This document shows positions 17,668-26,798 of a DNA stretch of 64,000 bases, piece by piece. A program made the position numbers and the translations under genes. Under the pieces are notes generated by a model. The model worked only from the letters and a program-made list of their open reading frames with translations, ran no database searches and was not told where the DNA came from. Each line of letters begins with the position of its first letter. Positions within the stretch are counted from its first letter, which is position 1. Origin of the DNA: Thermodesulfobacteriota bacterium (lineage in GTDB: Bacteria > Desulfobacterota_D > UBA1144 > Nemesobacterales > JAJCZQ01); assembly GCA_965203965.1 (NCBI GenBank), contig CBDBDR010000017.1:448001-512000 (forward strand). The letters run 5' to 3'.

Positions 17668-18096
17668 TTGAATTTTTACGAACCTGTCAGCGCCCGCCAC
17701 TATGTGCAGGAGCTGGTCAATAGTAAGGTTTTTACGCGCTGGATGAGTAAAAAAAGTCAAGAGTTCTTTCCCGTTGGAATTGTCCCCGCAGGGGTCTCAA
17801 AAGCCCTTAACACCAATGGGCATAAGTTGCTTTTGTCTCAGGAGACCTTGATCACCCACCTTAAAAAACACTCAGATATTAAACTTGCAAACTATGCTGC
17901 TATGCAGAAGATCATAGATAATTCGCAGGCAGTGTTAAGAGGGCGAGAAGTGCATTTTATACAGCAAGATCAACCCGGAAAGTTCTTAAGGGCAGTTGTA
18001 AAAGCTGTAGATGATTCGGATGAGATTTTTTTAAATACAATCCACAGAATGCGGGCATCTCAAGCAGAGGAATTTCTATCACAAGAAAAACTATAA
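17668..18096 (+). CDS. Orphan PBECR2-like domain, paralog of the MuF C-terminus (internally deleted gene; expression uncertain)
   Basis: About 64% identical (87/136, manual count) to residues 265-400 of 16127-17347; TTG start with no clear RBS. Confidence 0.75.
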   Translation: MNFYEPVSARHYVQELVNSKVFTRWMSKKSQEFFPVGIVPAGVSKALNTNGHKLLLSQETLITHLKKHSDIKLANYAAMQKIIDNSQAVLRGREVHFIQQDQPGKFLRAVVKAVDDSDEIFLNTIHRMRASQAEEFLSQEKL

Positions 18097-18232
18097 AAAA
18101 AGGGAGCCCCTGACGCTCCCTTGTGTGTGCGAGGGGGACTCGGGTAACTCCCCTACAGAACTTTTTTGGGCATCAGGCATGCCCTCAGCAATCGCGCCGA
18201 GCAGTTTTTGCCGCAACACACTTAAAATGCTT
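18095..18232 (-). ncRNA. Unnamed structured ncRNA-2, convergent with the orphan PBECR gene
   Basis: Same architecture as ncRNA-1 with compensatory substitutions; ends in AAGGGAGC-GTCAGGG-GCTCCCTT plus a T tract. Confidence 0.75.
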
Positions 18233-18238
18233 TTCATA

Positions 18239-18267
18239 TTTATAATAAAAATATAGTATTGTGTCAA
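18239..18267 (-). promoter_or_regulatory. Sigma70 promoter of ncRNA-2
   Basis: Minus strand TTGACA-N17-TATAAA, in an equivalent position to the ncRNA-1 promoter. Confidence 0.7.
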
Positions 18268-18319
18268 TCAAACGTTTATGTTTAATGATTTAGTTTACAT
18301 AATTTCAAGGAGAAAAAAT

Positions 18320-18778
18320 ATGTCCGAAAAATTAAAAGTAGGGGACACTGTACCTGATTTTGAGGCTGAAACTTACGGTGGTGAAGTAGTAAAGTTGAGT
18401 GATTATTACAAGGAGAAAATTGTAGCTCTTTACTTTTATCCTAAAGACAATACTCCCGGATGCACAAAAGAAGCCTGCTCTATAAGGGATGGAATGGATG
18501 AGCTTTCAGAGCTGGGAATTCAAGTTGTTGGAGTAAGCACAGACGGTGTGAAATCACATGAAAATTTTAGGAAAAAATACAATTTGAATTTTCCTCTGGT
18601 GAGCGATAAAAGCAAAACTATTATAAATATGTATGGTGTAAAAAGTGCGTTTGGGTCAGCAAAAAGACAAACATTCCTGATAGACGGCAAAGGCATAATA
18701 CAACACATTTGGAACAAGGTTAAGACGGCTCAACATGCAGATGAAATCGCAGATAAGGTCAGGGAGTTGAATCTTTAG
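18320..18778 (+). CDS. bcp: Peroxiredoxin Bcp/PrxQ
   Basis: YFYPKDNTPGCTKEAC, RQTFLID; AAGGAG RBS before ATG 18320. Confidence 0.9.
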   Translation: MSEKLKVGDTVPDFEAETYGGEVVKLSDYYKEKIVALYFYPKDNTPGCTKEACSIRDGMDELSELGIQVVGVSTDGVKSHENFRKKYNLNFPLVSDKSKTIINMYGVKSAFGSAKRQTFLIDGKGIIQHIWNKVKTAQHADEIADKVRELNL

Positions 18779-18799
18779 AATAATTGCCATAGTGTTGTT

Positions 18800-19540
18800 G
18801 TGATAAACATTCCAAAAAAGATATTTATTACTGGAACTGATACCGGAGTTGGAAAAACGGTGGTTACGGCTGCAATTTCCAGTTGTTTAATAAAAAAGGG
18901 TTTAAGTGTCAATCCCTTAAAACCTTTTCAGACCGGTACAGAAGACCCAGTTGTTCACGATATAGAGTTCATACATAAAGTAATTGGTAAAACCTTTGAT
19001 ATTAACAAGGCATGTCCCTTTAGATTAAAAAAGCCCCTTTCACCTTATTACGCTTCCAAACTGGAAAAGGTTGATTACAGCATCCCTGATATTATAGAAA
19101 TACTGAAAGGTCGAATATCTGAAACCAGTATAAATCTGATAGAAGGTGCAGGTGGACTTAGGGTACCGATAACAAAGAGTTATTTTATGAGTGACTTGGC
19201 AAAGGATCTGGGCTCAACCCTGGTAATTGTTGCAAGGCCAGGGCTTGGGACAATTAACCATACTCTTTTGACTATTGATCATGCAAGATCTCACGGTTTA
19301 AAAATCATGGGAGTTGTAATATCCAATTATCCGACAAAACCAAATCTGGCTGACCTTACCAATATTTCTCAATTAAGAGAATTACTTGGTGTTGAAATAC
19401 TTGGGGTCATACCATCACTGGACAACGTGGTTGTGGAAGAAGGAGAAATAGGAGAATTGAATGAAAAAAGTCAAAACTTTTTCACAAATCAACTTGGTGG
19501 CAATCTTAATATAGAAAGTATGATCAACCTTACAAGATAA
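18800..19540 (+). CDS. bioD: Dethiobiotin synthase
   Basis: FITGTDTGVGKT, KPFQTG, IEGAGG, LGTINHTLL. Confidence 0.94.
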   Translation: MINIPKKIFITGTDTGVGKTVVTAAISSCLIKKGLSVNPLKPFQTGTEDPVVHDIEFIHKVIGKTFDINKACPFRLKKPLSPYYASKLEKVDYSIPDIIEILKGRISETSINLIEGAGGLRVPITKSYFMSDLAKDLGSTLVIVARPGLGTINHTLLTIDHARSHGLKIMGVVISNYPTKPNLADLTNISQLRELLGVEILGVIPSLDNVVVEEGEIGELNEKSQNFFTNQLGGNLNIESMINLTR

Positions 19541-19661
19541 GACCCTGATACACTTGACAGACAACTACAACGTGATATAAGTAATTGCTATTTTTCAGGA
19601 GCAGCACTGTGATTTCCAAAAAGTTCGTTCTGGAAATTTATTACATAAAGATCAGGTCAAT

Positions 19662-20231
19662 ATGAGCTACTTTATAAAACTTACCCCAGTTATTATGTTG
19701 TGTATCTTGATCTCGTTAGGCATATATCAGCATAAGGCGAAAAGCGGTAACAAAGGTCCCTCTCAACCTGTCCTGTTCAGCCATAAGATACATGCAGGGG
19801 AGAATGAAATACCATGTGAGTATTGCCACAGTTTTGTAGATGTATCACCTAACCCGGGTATTCCTTCACTTCAGAAATGTATTGGATGTCACCAGCACGT
19901 GCTCGGAAGAGATGAGGATTATGTAACCAATGAGGGACAGGTAATCAACTATAAGGATGAAATTGCCAAAGTCAGGGAGTATTGGGAAAGAAAAGAGCCT
20001 ATACCGTGGATAAAAGTCACAAGTATGGGTGAATACGTAAGGTTCAATCATAAGAGACATATTAAAAGGGGTTTTGAATGCCAGACGTGTCATGGACAGG
20101 TGCAAGAAATGGACGTCGTTTATAAGGCTGAGAGACTTAACATGGGTTTTTGTATAAGCTGTCATGAAAAAAATGCTGATAATGAAGATCACTTAAAAGT
20201 TTTGAAAGATTGTCTGACCTGCCATTATTAA
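19662..20231 (+). CDS. actA: Alternative complex III pentaheme cytochrome c subunit
   Basis: Five CxxCH motifs, QPVLFSHKIHAG, N-terminal TM; first gene of the act cluster. Confidence 0.88.
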   Translation: MSYFIKLTPVIMLCILISLGIYQHKAKSGNKGPSQPVLFSHKIHAGENEIPCEYCHSFVDVSPNPGIPSLQKCIGCHQHVLGRDEDYVTNEGQVINYKDEIAKVREYWERKEPIPWIKVTSMGEYVRFNHKRHIKRGFECQTCHGQVQEMDVVYKAERLNMGFCISCHEKNADNEDHLKVLKDCLTCHY

Positions 20232-20247
20232 ATGGTTGGAGGTATAA

Positions 20248-23181
20248 ATGTCTGAAAAGAAAAAGGGTGAATTAAGCAGAAGAGATTTTTTAAAGGTAGT
20301 TGGCGTTGCCAGTGGCACAGCAGCTGTTACTGGTGCATGTTCAAATGAGCCTGTTGAACAGATAATACCTTATGTCATACCTCCAGAATCTTATATACCT
20401 GCGTTACCTAAATTCTATGCCTCTACATGCCGTGAGTGTCCATCAGGATGCGGAGTAATTGTAAAAAACAGAGATGGAAGGGCTATAAAAATTGAAGGCA
20501 ACCCCTTGACTCCAAATAATGGAGGGACTTGTGCAATGGGGCAGGCATCTCTGCAAGGTCTCTACAACCCTGACCGCGTAAGATCTCCGCTTGGCAAAAA
20601 GAAAAACAGAAAACAGCTTGTCCCCATCGGTTGGAGTGAAGGCATTGACGAATTGTCTAAAAAAATAAATGAACTCGTCAAAAAAGGTAAGGGAGACAGA
20701 ATAGTTTATCTAAGCAATAATATCGCTGGCACATTAAATGGCCTTGTTGAAAATTGGACAAAAGCTATAGGGGGTCGTCATTACACCTATGAGTCATTTT
20801 CTTATGACCCAATCAAAGAGGCTAACAGGATTTGCTTCGGTATTGATGAAATACCAACCTACAAAATAGAGAAAGCTAAATACGTCCTTTCCTTTGGTGC
20901 TGATTTTCTTGAAACATGGTTGTCACCAGTACGTTTTGCCAAAGGTTTTTCCAAACTCAAAACATATAAAAACGGTCGTATTGGCAAATTGGTTCAAATA
21001 GAACCAAGAGCTTCTGTTACGGCAGCAAGTGCAGATTCTTGGATTGCTGTTAAGCCTGGAACCGAAGTTTTTCTCGCTCTAGGAATTGCAAATGTAATAG
21101 TAGAAAAAGGATTGAATAAAACAAATGCCTCGTTTGTGGGAGAATTGCTATCAAAATACAACCCTGAGACAGTTTCCAAAATAACAGATATTTCAGTGGA
21201 AGTTATCAATCAGATCGCACAGGAATTCAGCAAGAGCAGAAGCATTGCACTTGGTGGAGGAGTAGCAGTTAGCGGAACCAATGCAACTGAAACAATGGTT
21301 GCCGTAAATATATTAAATTACCTTGTTGGCAATATTGGCCGCACCGTTGATTTTTCAAATACATTATCTATTTCCAGTGTCAGCACGTTTAAGGATATTA
21401 CAAAACTATTTGAAGATATGAATAGCGGTAAAGTTGAACTTCTTATAGTTCAAGGAGCTAATCCAGCTTTTACGCTACCAAAGTCGCTAAACGCAACTCA
21501 GGCTTTGAGTAAAGTTAATTATCTGGTCAGTTTGTCCCCATTTGTAGATGAAACAACCGAGATGGCTTCTCTCGTTCTTCCAGACAATCACCCAGTTGAA
21601 AGTTGGGGAGATTTCCAATCAAGTAAATCTTTCCGGGGGATAATCCAGCCTGCAATGAGTCCTGTCTTCAATACAAGATCAGTCGGGGATGTAATTATAG
21701 AGTTAAGTAAAAAAGTGGATTCTACAAAAAACCTCTTTTCTGAATCAACATACTATGATCATTTAAGAGCTTCATGGAAAAAAATTGCTTATGACAAAAC
21801 ATCTGCAAAAAGTTTTGAGTTGTTTTGGAAAGATGCACTTAAAAAAGGTGGAATTGAATTAAATACACCTGCAAGAAAAGTTTCAATGTCGTCACGCGTA
21901 AAGACATTAGAAATTTCTGAACCTTTTATGCAGGGTGACGGTGAATTTTATTTTATTACCTATCCTTCCTACAGGTATTATGACGGTTCAGGTGCTAATA
22001 AACCTTGGCTGCAAGAATTGCCAGAAGCACTTTCAACCTCCGTATGGGATTCCTACGTTGAGATACATCCCAATACGGCAAAAAAACTTGGTGTAAGGGA
22101 AGGTTCATACCTGAATATCAAATCACCCGATGGTGAATTCAAAATCCAGTCCTTTGTTTATGAAGGAATACGTCCCGATACAATAGCAATACCTATGGGT
22201 CAGGGACATACGAGCTATGGTAGGTATGCCAAGGGAAGGGGAGTAAATCCTCTGGACTTGCTGCCAAACGTTAAAGATAAAATATCAGGAGGTTTTGCTT
22301 TTCTTTCAACAAAGGCGTCAGTTTCAAATGCTGGCAAGCACGATCTGCTCGTAAGGACACAATATACAAAAACACAACATGACAGGAGCGTTGCAAAAGA
22401 CCTGACTATAAATGAACTAAAACATGGTGTCCATGATGAACATCACGAAGAGGTTGATTTTTACCCTCATAGGAAATATCCAAAATATAGATGGGCAATG
22501 AACATTGATCTCAATAAATGTACTGGCTGCGGAGCTTGTGTAACCGCTTGCTATGCAGAAAACAACATTCCGTTTGTAGGAAAAGAACAGGTGGCAAAAC
22601 GCCGCGACATGGCTTGGATAAGGATTGAAAGGTATTTTGAAAAAAATCAGAACAACAATCTGGATATCAGATTTTTGCCGATGCTTTGCCAACAATGTGG
22701 CAACGCTCCCTGTGAACCTGTCTGTCCAGTTTACGCAACGTATCACAACCCCGAAGGTTTGAATGGTATGGTATACAACAGGTGCGTTGGAACGAGATAC
22801 TGTGCAAATAACTGTACCTATAAGGTCAGAAAATTTAATTGGTATAGCTACAAGTTTCCTGAACCACTAAACTGGCAGTTGAATCCAGATGTAACAGTGA
22901 GAACCAAGGGTGTTATGGAAAAATGCACTTTTTGCGTGCAGAGAATTAAATTTGGAGAAGATATTGCTAAGGATGGAGACGGGATAGTTAGAGATGGGGA
23001 TATTCTTACCGCGTGTCAGCAGGCTTGTCCTACTGATGCCATTGTGTTCGGCAATCTCAAGGATAAATCCAGCAAGGTTTCAAAACTTGCAAAGGATAAA
23101 AGAGGATACAGAGTTTTTGAAGCTATTAATACAAAACCCGGCATAACCTATCTAAAGAAAATAAAATGGGATAAAGCATAA
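20248..23181 (+). CDS. actB: ACIII ActB: Tat-exported molybdopterin-oxidoreductase-like domain fused to an Fe-S domain
   Basis: SRRDFLK Tat motif; C-terminal CTGCGACVTAC, CQQCGNAPCEPVCP, RCVGTRYCANNC, EKCTFC, CQQACP. Confidence 0.9.
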   Translation: MSEKKKGELSRRDFLKVVGVASGTAAVTGACSNEPVEQIIPYVIPPESYIPALPKFYASTCRECPSGCGVIVKNRDGRAIKIEGNPLTPNNGGTCAMGQASLQGLYNPDRVRSPLGKKKNRKQLVPIGWSEGIDELSKKINELVKKGKGDRIVYLSNNIAGTLNGLVENWTKAIGGRHYTYESFSYDPIKEANRICFGIDEIPTYKIEKAKYVLSFGADFLETWLSPVRFAKGFSKLKTYKNGRIGKLVQIEPRASVTAASADSWIAVKPGTEVFLALGIANVIVEKGLNKTNASFVGELLSKYNPETVSKITDISVEVINQIAQEFSKSRSIALGGGVAVSGTNATETMVAVNILNYLVGNIGRTVDFSNTLSISSVSTFKDITKLFEDMNSGKVELLIVQGANPAFTLPKSLNATQALSKVNYLVSLSPFVDETTEMASLVLPDNHPVESWGDFQSSKSFRGIIQPAMSPVFNTRSVGDVIIELSKKVDSTKNLFSESTYYDHLRASWKKIAYDKTSAKSFELFWKDALKKGGIELNTPARKVSMSSRVKTLEISEPFMQGDGEFYFITYPSYRYYDGSGANKPWLQELPEALSTSVWDSYVEIHPNTAKKLGVREGSYLNIKSPDGEFKIQSFVYEGIRPDTIAIPMGQGHTSYGRYAKGRGVNPLDLLPNVKDKISGGFAFLSTKASVSNAGKHDLLVRTQYTKTQHDRSVAKDLTINELKHGVHDEHHEEVDFYPHRKYPKYRWAMNIDLNKCTGCGACVTACYAENNIPFVGKEQVAKRRDMAWIRIERYFEKNQNNNLDIRFLPMLCQQCGNAPCEPVCPVYATYHNPEGLNGMVYNRCVGTRYCANNCTYKVRKFNWYSYKFPEPLNWQLNPDVTVRTKGVMEKCTFCVQRIKFGEDIAKDGDGIVRDGDILTACQQACPTDAIVFGNLKDKSSKVSKLAKDKRGYRVFEAINTKPGITYLKKIKWDKA

Positions 23182-24512
23182 TGAGTGCAGAGACTAACTT
23201 AACTTATTCAAGAGTTACAAATGATGTTGTAAGAATGCTTGATAAGCCATCCGTAAAATGGTGGGTATTGTTTTTAATATCAGTTTCCTTTGTTGGTATT
23301 GGATTGATGTGCTTTATTTATCAGGTTTACACGGGTCTCGGTGTAGCGGGCTACAGACACCCAGTATTTTGGGGCACTTATATTACGGATTTTGTTTTCT
23401 GGGTTGGTATTGCTCATTCTGGGACACTGATTTCAGCAATTCTTTATCTGTTTAGGGCAAAATTTAGAATGTCTATATACAGAATTTCTGAAGCTATGAC
23501 TGTGTTTGCAGTTTTAACCGCCGGACTTTTCCCCATTATGCACTTGGGAAGACCTTGGAACTTTTACTGGTTGTTTCCCTATCCAAATCAAAGAGAGCTA
23601 TGGATAAATTTCAAGTCGCCTCTTGTATGGGATGTTTTTGCGGTCAGTACCTATTTAACTGTAAGTTCATTGTTTTTCTTAGTTGGAATGATCCCTGATC
23701 TTGCAGCTATCAGAGATAAAGTAAAAGAAACACCGAGGAAAGTAATTTATACGATATTATCATTTGGTTGGAAAGGTTCCAACTGGGAATGGCTCCATTA
23801 CGGGAGGGCTTACCTTTACTTTGCCGCGTTGGCAACGCCACTTGTTCTTTCGGTCCATAGTGTGGTTTCATGGGATTTTGCAATGGGTAACGTGCCAGGT
23901 TGGCACACCACTATCTTTGCACCGTACTTCGTGGCAGGTGCGATTTTTTCTGGTCTTGGTATGGTCATTACTCTGACAATACCTATAAGGAAAATATTCC
24001 GCTTGGAAGATTATATTACCCTTGACAATTATGACGGTATGGCAAAACTCATCCTTTTAACATCAGGAATAGTTGGCTATGCCTATGGTGTGGAATTTTT
24101 CATGGCTTGGTATAGTTCAAGTCCTTTTGAGTTTCAACAATTCATGTATAGAGCTACTGGCGAATATGCACTTTTTTACTGGATTATGATCTTCTGTAAC
24201 GTGGTAGCACCAATACCACTTTGGTGGGGAAGCATAAGGAAGAATCTGAAAATACTTTTCATAATATCAATATTCATAAATATCGGTATGTGGTTTGAGC
24301 GATTCAATATAATTGTTATATCTCTTTCAAGGGACTTTGATCCTGCTGCATGGGGTGTTTATAAAATTTCTTGGGTTGAAATAGGTATAACAGTTGGTAG
24401 CTTTGCATGGTTCTTTATGTTTTTCTTGTTGTTTATAAAAACACTGCCTGCAATTTCAATAGCAGAAATAAAAGAGATACTACCAGTGCCTAAAAGGGAA
24501 TTAAAAAAATGA
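23181..24512 (+). CDS. actC: ACIII ActC (NrfD-family quinol-binding membrane subunit)
   Basis: FVFWVGIAHSGTLISAIL, HLGRPW, SPLVWD, SVHSVVSWDF, WHTTIFAPYFVAGA. Confidence 0.92.
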   Translation: MSAETNLTYSRVTNDVVRMLDKPSVKWWVLFLISVSFVGIGLMCFIYQVYTGLGVAGYRHPVFWGTYITDFVFWVGIAHSGTLISAILYLFRAKFRMSIYRISEAMTVFAVLTAGLFPIMHLGRPWNFYWLFPYPNQRELWINFKSPLVWDVFAVSTYLTVSSLFFLVGMIPDLAAIRDKVKETPRKVIYTILSFGWKGSNWEWLHYGRAYLYFAALATPLVLSVHSVVSWDFAMGNVPGWHTTIFAPYFVAGAIFSGLGMVITLTIPIRKIFRLEDYITLDNYDGMAKLILLTSGIVGYAYGVEFFMAWYSSSPFEFQQFMYRATGEYALFYWIMIFCNVVAPIPLWWGSIRKNLKILFIISIFINIGMWFERFNIIVISLSRDFDPAAWGVYKISWVEIGITVGSFAWFFMFFLLFIKTLPAISIAEIKEILPVPKRELKK

Positions 24513-25027
24513 ACAAAAAACAAGGGATACTCGGCATATATCCTTATCTTGACTCCGTAATTGATGCGGTAAGGAAGTTGAAAGCAAACGGTTTTGATGA
24601 ATTGAGAGTTTTTTCTCCCTTTCCAAACCATGAAATTGAAGATGAAATGAATTTACCACCGAGTCCTGTCAGATTCTTTACACTTTTTGGTGCTCTACTG
24701 GGTGCAACATGCGGGGTTGGATTTACAGTGCTTACCTCTCTTGATTGGCCTATATCGGTGAGCGCCAAACCAATAGTTTCAATACCTCCATACATGGTGA
24801 TAGTATTTGAGCTAACAATTTTGTTCGGTGCACTATTTACCTTGCTTGGATTGTTGATCAATTCTCTGCTCAGAAACAGAGTGCCCGTAAATATGTATGA
24901 CCCGAGTTTTTCAGATGACAAATTTGGAATAATGGTGGTTTGCGCCACTGAGAATATGGAAAATGTTAAAGACATTTTGAACTCAGCAGGAGCAGAAAAG
25001 ATAAAAGTTGACACGGTAGATAGCTAA
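24509..25027 (+). CDS. actD: ACIII ActD (DUF3341)
   Basis: FSPFP, GATCG, FELTILFG, DPSFSDDKF. Confidence 0.88.
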   Translation: MNKKQGILGIYPYLDSVIDAVRKLKANGFDELRVFSPFPNHEIEDEMNLPPSPVRFFTLFGALLGATCGVGFTVLTSLDWPISVSAKPIVSIPPYMVIVFELTILFGALFTLLGLLINSLLRNRVPVNMYDPSFSDDKFGIMVVCATENMENVKDILNSAGAEKIKVDTVDS

Positions 25028-25049
25028 ATTCCGTGGAGGAAAGAAGGCG

Positions 25050-25565
25050 TTGAATAGTTTTAAGCTGAAAATAATTTTAGCATTTGGAATTTTGTTTTTA
25101 TATAGTGCCGAACTGTACTCATTTCCGTGGAACTATGATATGTGGGAACAACCCGCTATACATCCCTATGAATCACCCTTTATATATCCACAGAAATCTG
25201 TTACCACGGAAGGTGGTACATCTCATTCTGAATCCAGAGAAAAAACGGAAACTATTAAGAAAAACCCTGTTCCGTACAATAAGAAATCTATTGAAAGAGG
25301 AAAGCAGGTTTATGAGATATACTGCACTGTCTGCCATGGGTCTAAAGGCAAAGGAGATGGAATCATAGTAAGAACAGGTAAGGGATTCTATCCAGTCAAT
25401 CTTGCATCCCCGGTTACGGTTAAGAGGAGCGATGGTTATATTTACGCATATATAAGATATGGTGGAAAGGTAATGATGCCGAGCTACAGGGAGAGTATTT
25501 CAGAATTGGATGCGTGGAATGTGGTCAACTACATCAGAGAACTGCAAGCAGAAGTAAAACGTTAA
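25050..25565 (+). CDS. actE: ACIII ActE monoheme cytochrome c
   Basis: DMWEQP, NPVP, YCTVCHG, MMPSY, WNVVNYIRELQ. Confidence 0.88.
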   Translation: MNSFKLKIILAFGILFLYSAELYSFPWNYDMWEQPAIHPYESPFIYPQKSVTTEGGTSHSESREKTETIKKNPVPYNKKSIERGKQVYEIYCTVCHGSKGKGDGIIVRTGKGFYPVNLASPVTVKRSDGYIYAYIRYGGKVMMPSYRESISELDAWNVVNYIRELQAEVKR

Positions 25566-25595
25566 ATAAATGGTTTGAGGAGAATTAAGCACAGA

Positions 25596-26798
25596 ATGGA
25601 CACTGCTATAAAAGACGAAATATTAAGTAAGAGAAACCAGATACCTAAATGGGTAATATACTTTTTTCTGGGATTCTCAATTGTGGGATTTGGATCATTT
25701 ATCATTAACGTCAGTGGTGAAAATTCAACAGATATCTGGCAGATATTTCTAGTTAATTTTCTTTTCTGGACTGGAGTAGCACAAGCGGGAATAGTATTTT
25801 CCTGTGTACTTAGAATAACGGATGCGAGATGGGGTAGGAGTTTTTTAAGAATAAGTGAAGGATTTGGATCGTTTATACCAGTTGGCTTTATTATACTTTT
25901 GGTAATCTTGTTTATAGGTAAAAACCACGTTCTACCTTATGCCACAGAGCATTATCATCACCCAAAAGACATTTGGTTGAATATGAACTTTGTATCGGCA
26001 AGAAATATAATCGGTTTTGCTATTCTTATCGTTTTGAGCTTTTTCTACGTCAGGATATCACTTGATCAGGACCTCAACGGAGTTAATAATGATAAAAACA
26101 ACGGTTACTTTCCCAAGCTAAGAAAACTCGCCCCGGCAATTGTTATTTTTTACACTATAACATTCAGTTTTTTTGCATGGGATTTTATGATGTCTTTGAA
26201 TCCACATTGGTTCAGCACGTTGTTTGGCCCGTTTTATTTTATGGGAAGTTTTATTGCCGCAATAGGATGCACAATAATTCTATCAGTTTTACTTAAAAGA
26301 TACCTTGGACTCAATGAATATCTAGGACAACATCATTACTGGGATATGGGGAAAATACTTCAGGGCTTTTCACTATTTTGGGTGTATTTAATGTTTTCTC
26401 AATTTCTTCCAATCTGGTATGCAAATATGCCAGAGGAAACGGGGTTTGTTATAAGAAGAGTTGTTGAAGAACCTTTTAAAACCTTTTCCTGGGTGGTGCT
26501 TACGTGCTGTTTCATATTTCCATTTATTTCACTGATCCCAAGAACCCATAAGATTGTCACTCCTATACTTGTGTTTATTTCAACCGTATCCTTTACTGGA
26601 CTGTTTATGGATAAATTACTGCTTGTTGTTCCGTCTTTAGCTGATGAGTTGAGTTTTGGAATTTCTTATATTATGGTTACTTTAGGTTTTATGGGGGCAT
26701 TTATAACCACTTTTCTGATTTTTATAAATAAATATCCCATAATACCGTTTGGGGATCCGTTTTTTGATGGCAAAATTAGACAGGGAGGTCATCATTGA
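25596..26798 (+). CDS. actF: ACIII ActF membrane subunit
   Basis: DFMMSLNPHWFSTLFG, YLMFSQFLPIWYANMPEET. Confidence 0.9.
   Translation: MDTAIKDEILSKRNQIPKWVIYFFLGFSIVGFGSFIINVSGENSTDIWQIFLVNFLFWTGVAQAGIVFSCVLRITDARWGRSFLRISEGFGSFIPVGFIILLVILFIGKNHVLPYATEHYHHPKDIWLNMNFVSARNIIGFAILIVLSFFYVRISLDQDLNGVNNDKNNGYFPKLRKLAPAIVIFYTITFSFFAWDFMMSLNPHWFSTLFGPFYFMGSFIAAIGCTIILSVLLKRYLGLNEYLGQHHYWDMGKILQGFSLFWVYLMFSQFLPIWYANMPEETGFVIRRVVEEPFKTFSWVVLTCCFIFPFISLIPRTHKIVTPILVFISTVSFTGLFMDKLLLVVPSLADELSFGISYIMVTLGFMGAFITTFLIFINKYPIIPFGDPFFDGKIRQGGHH

Noticed and set aside
16127..18096. Diversity-generating retroelement TR/VR pair
   Set aside because: Differences are not adenine-specific, both copies are codon-conserved, and no reverse transcriptase is present.
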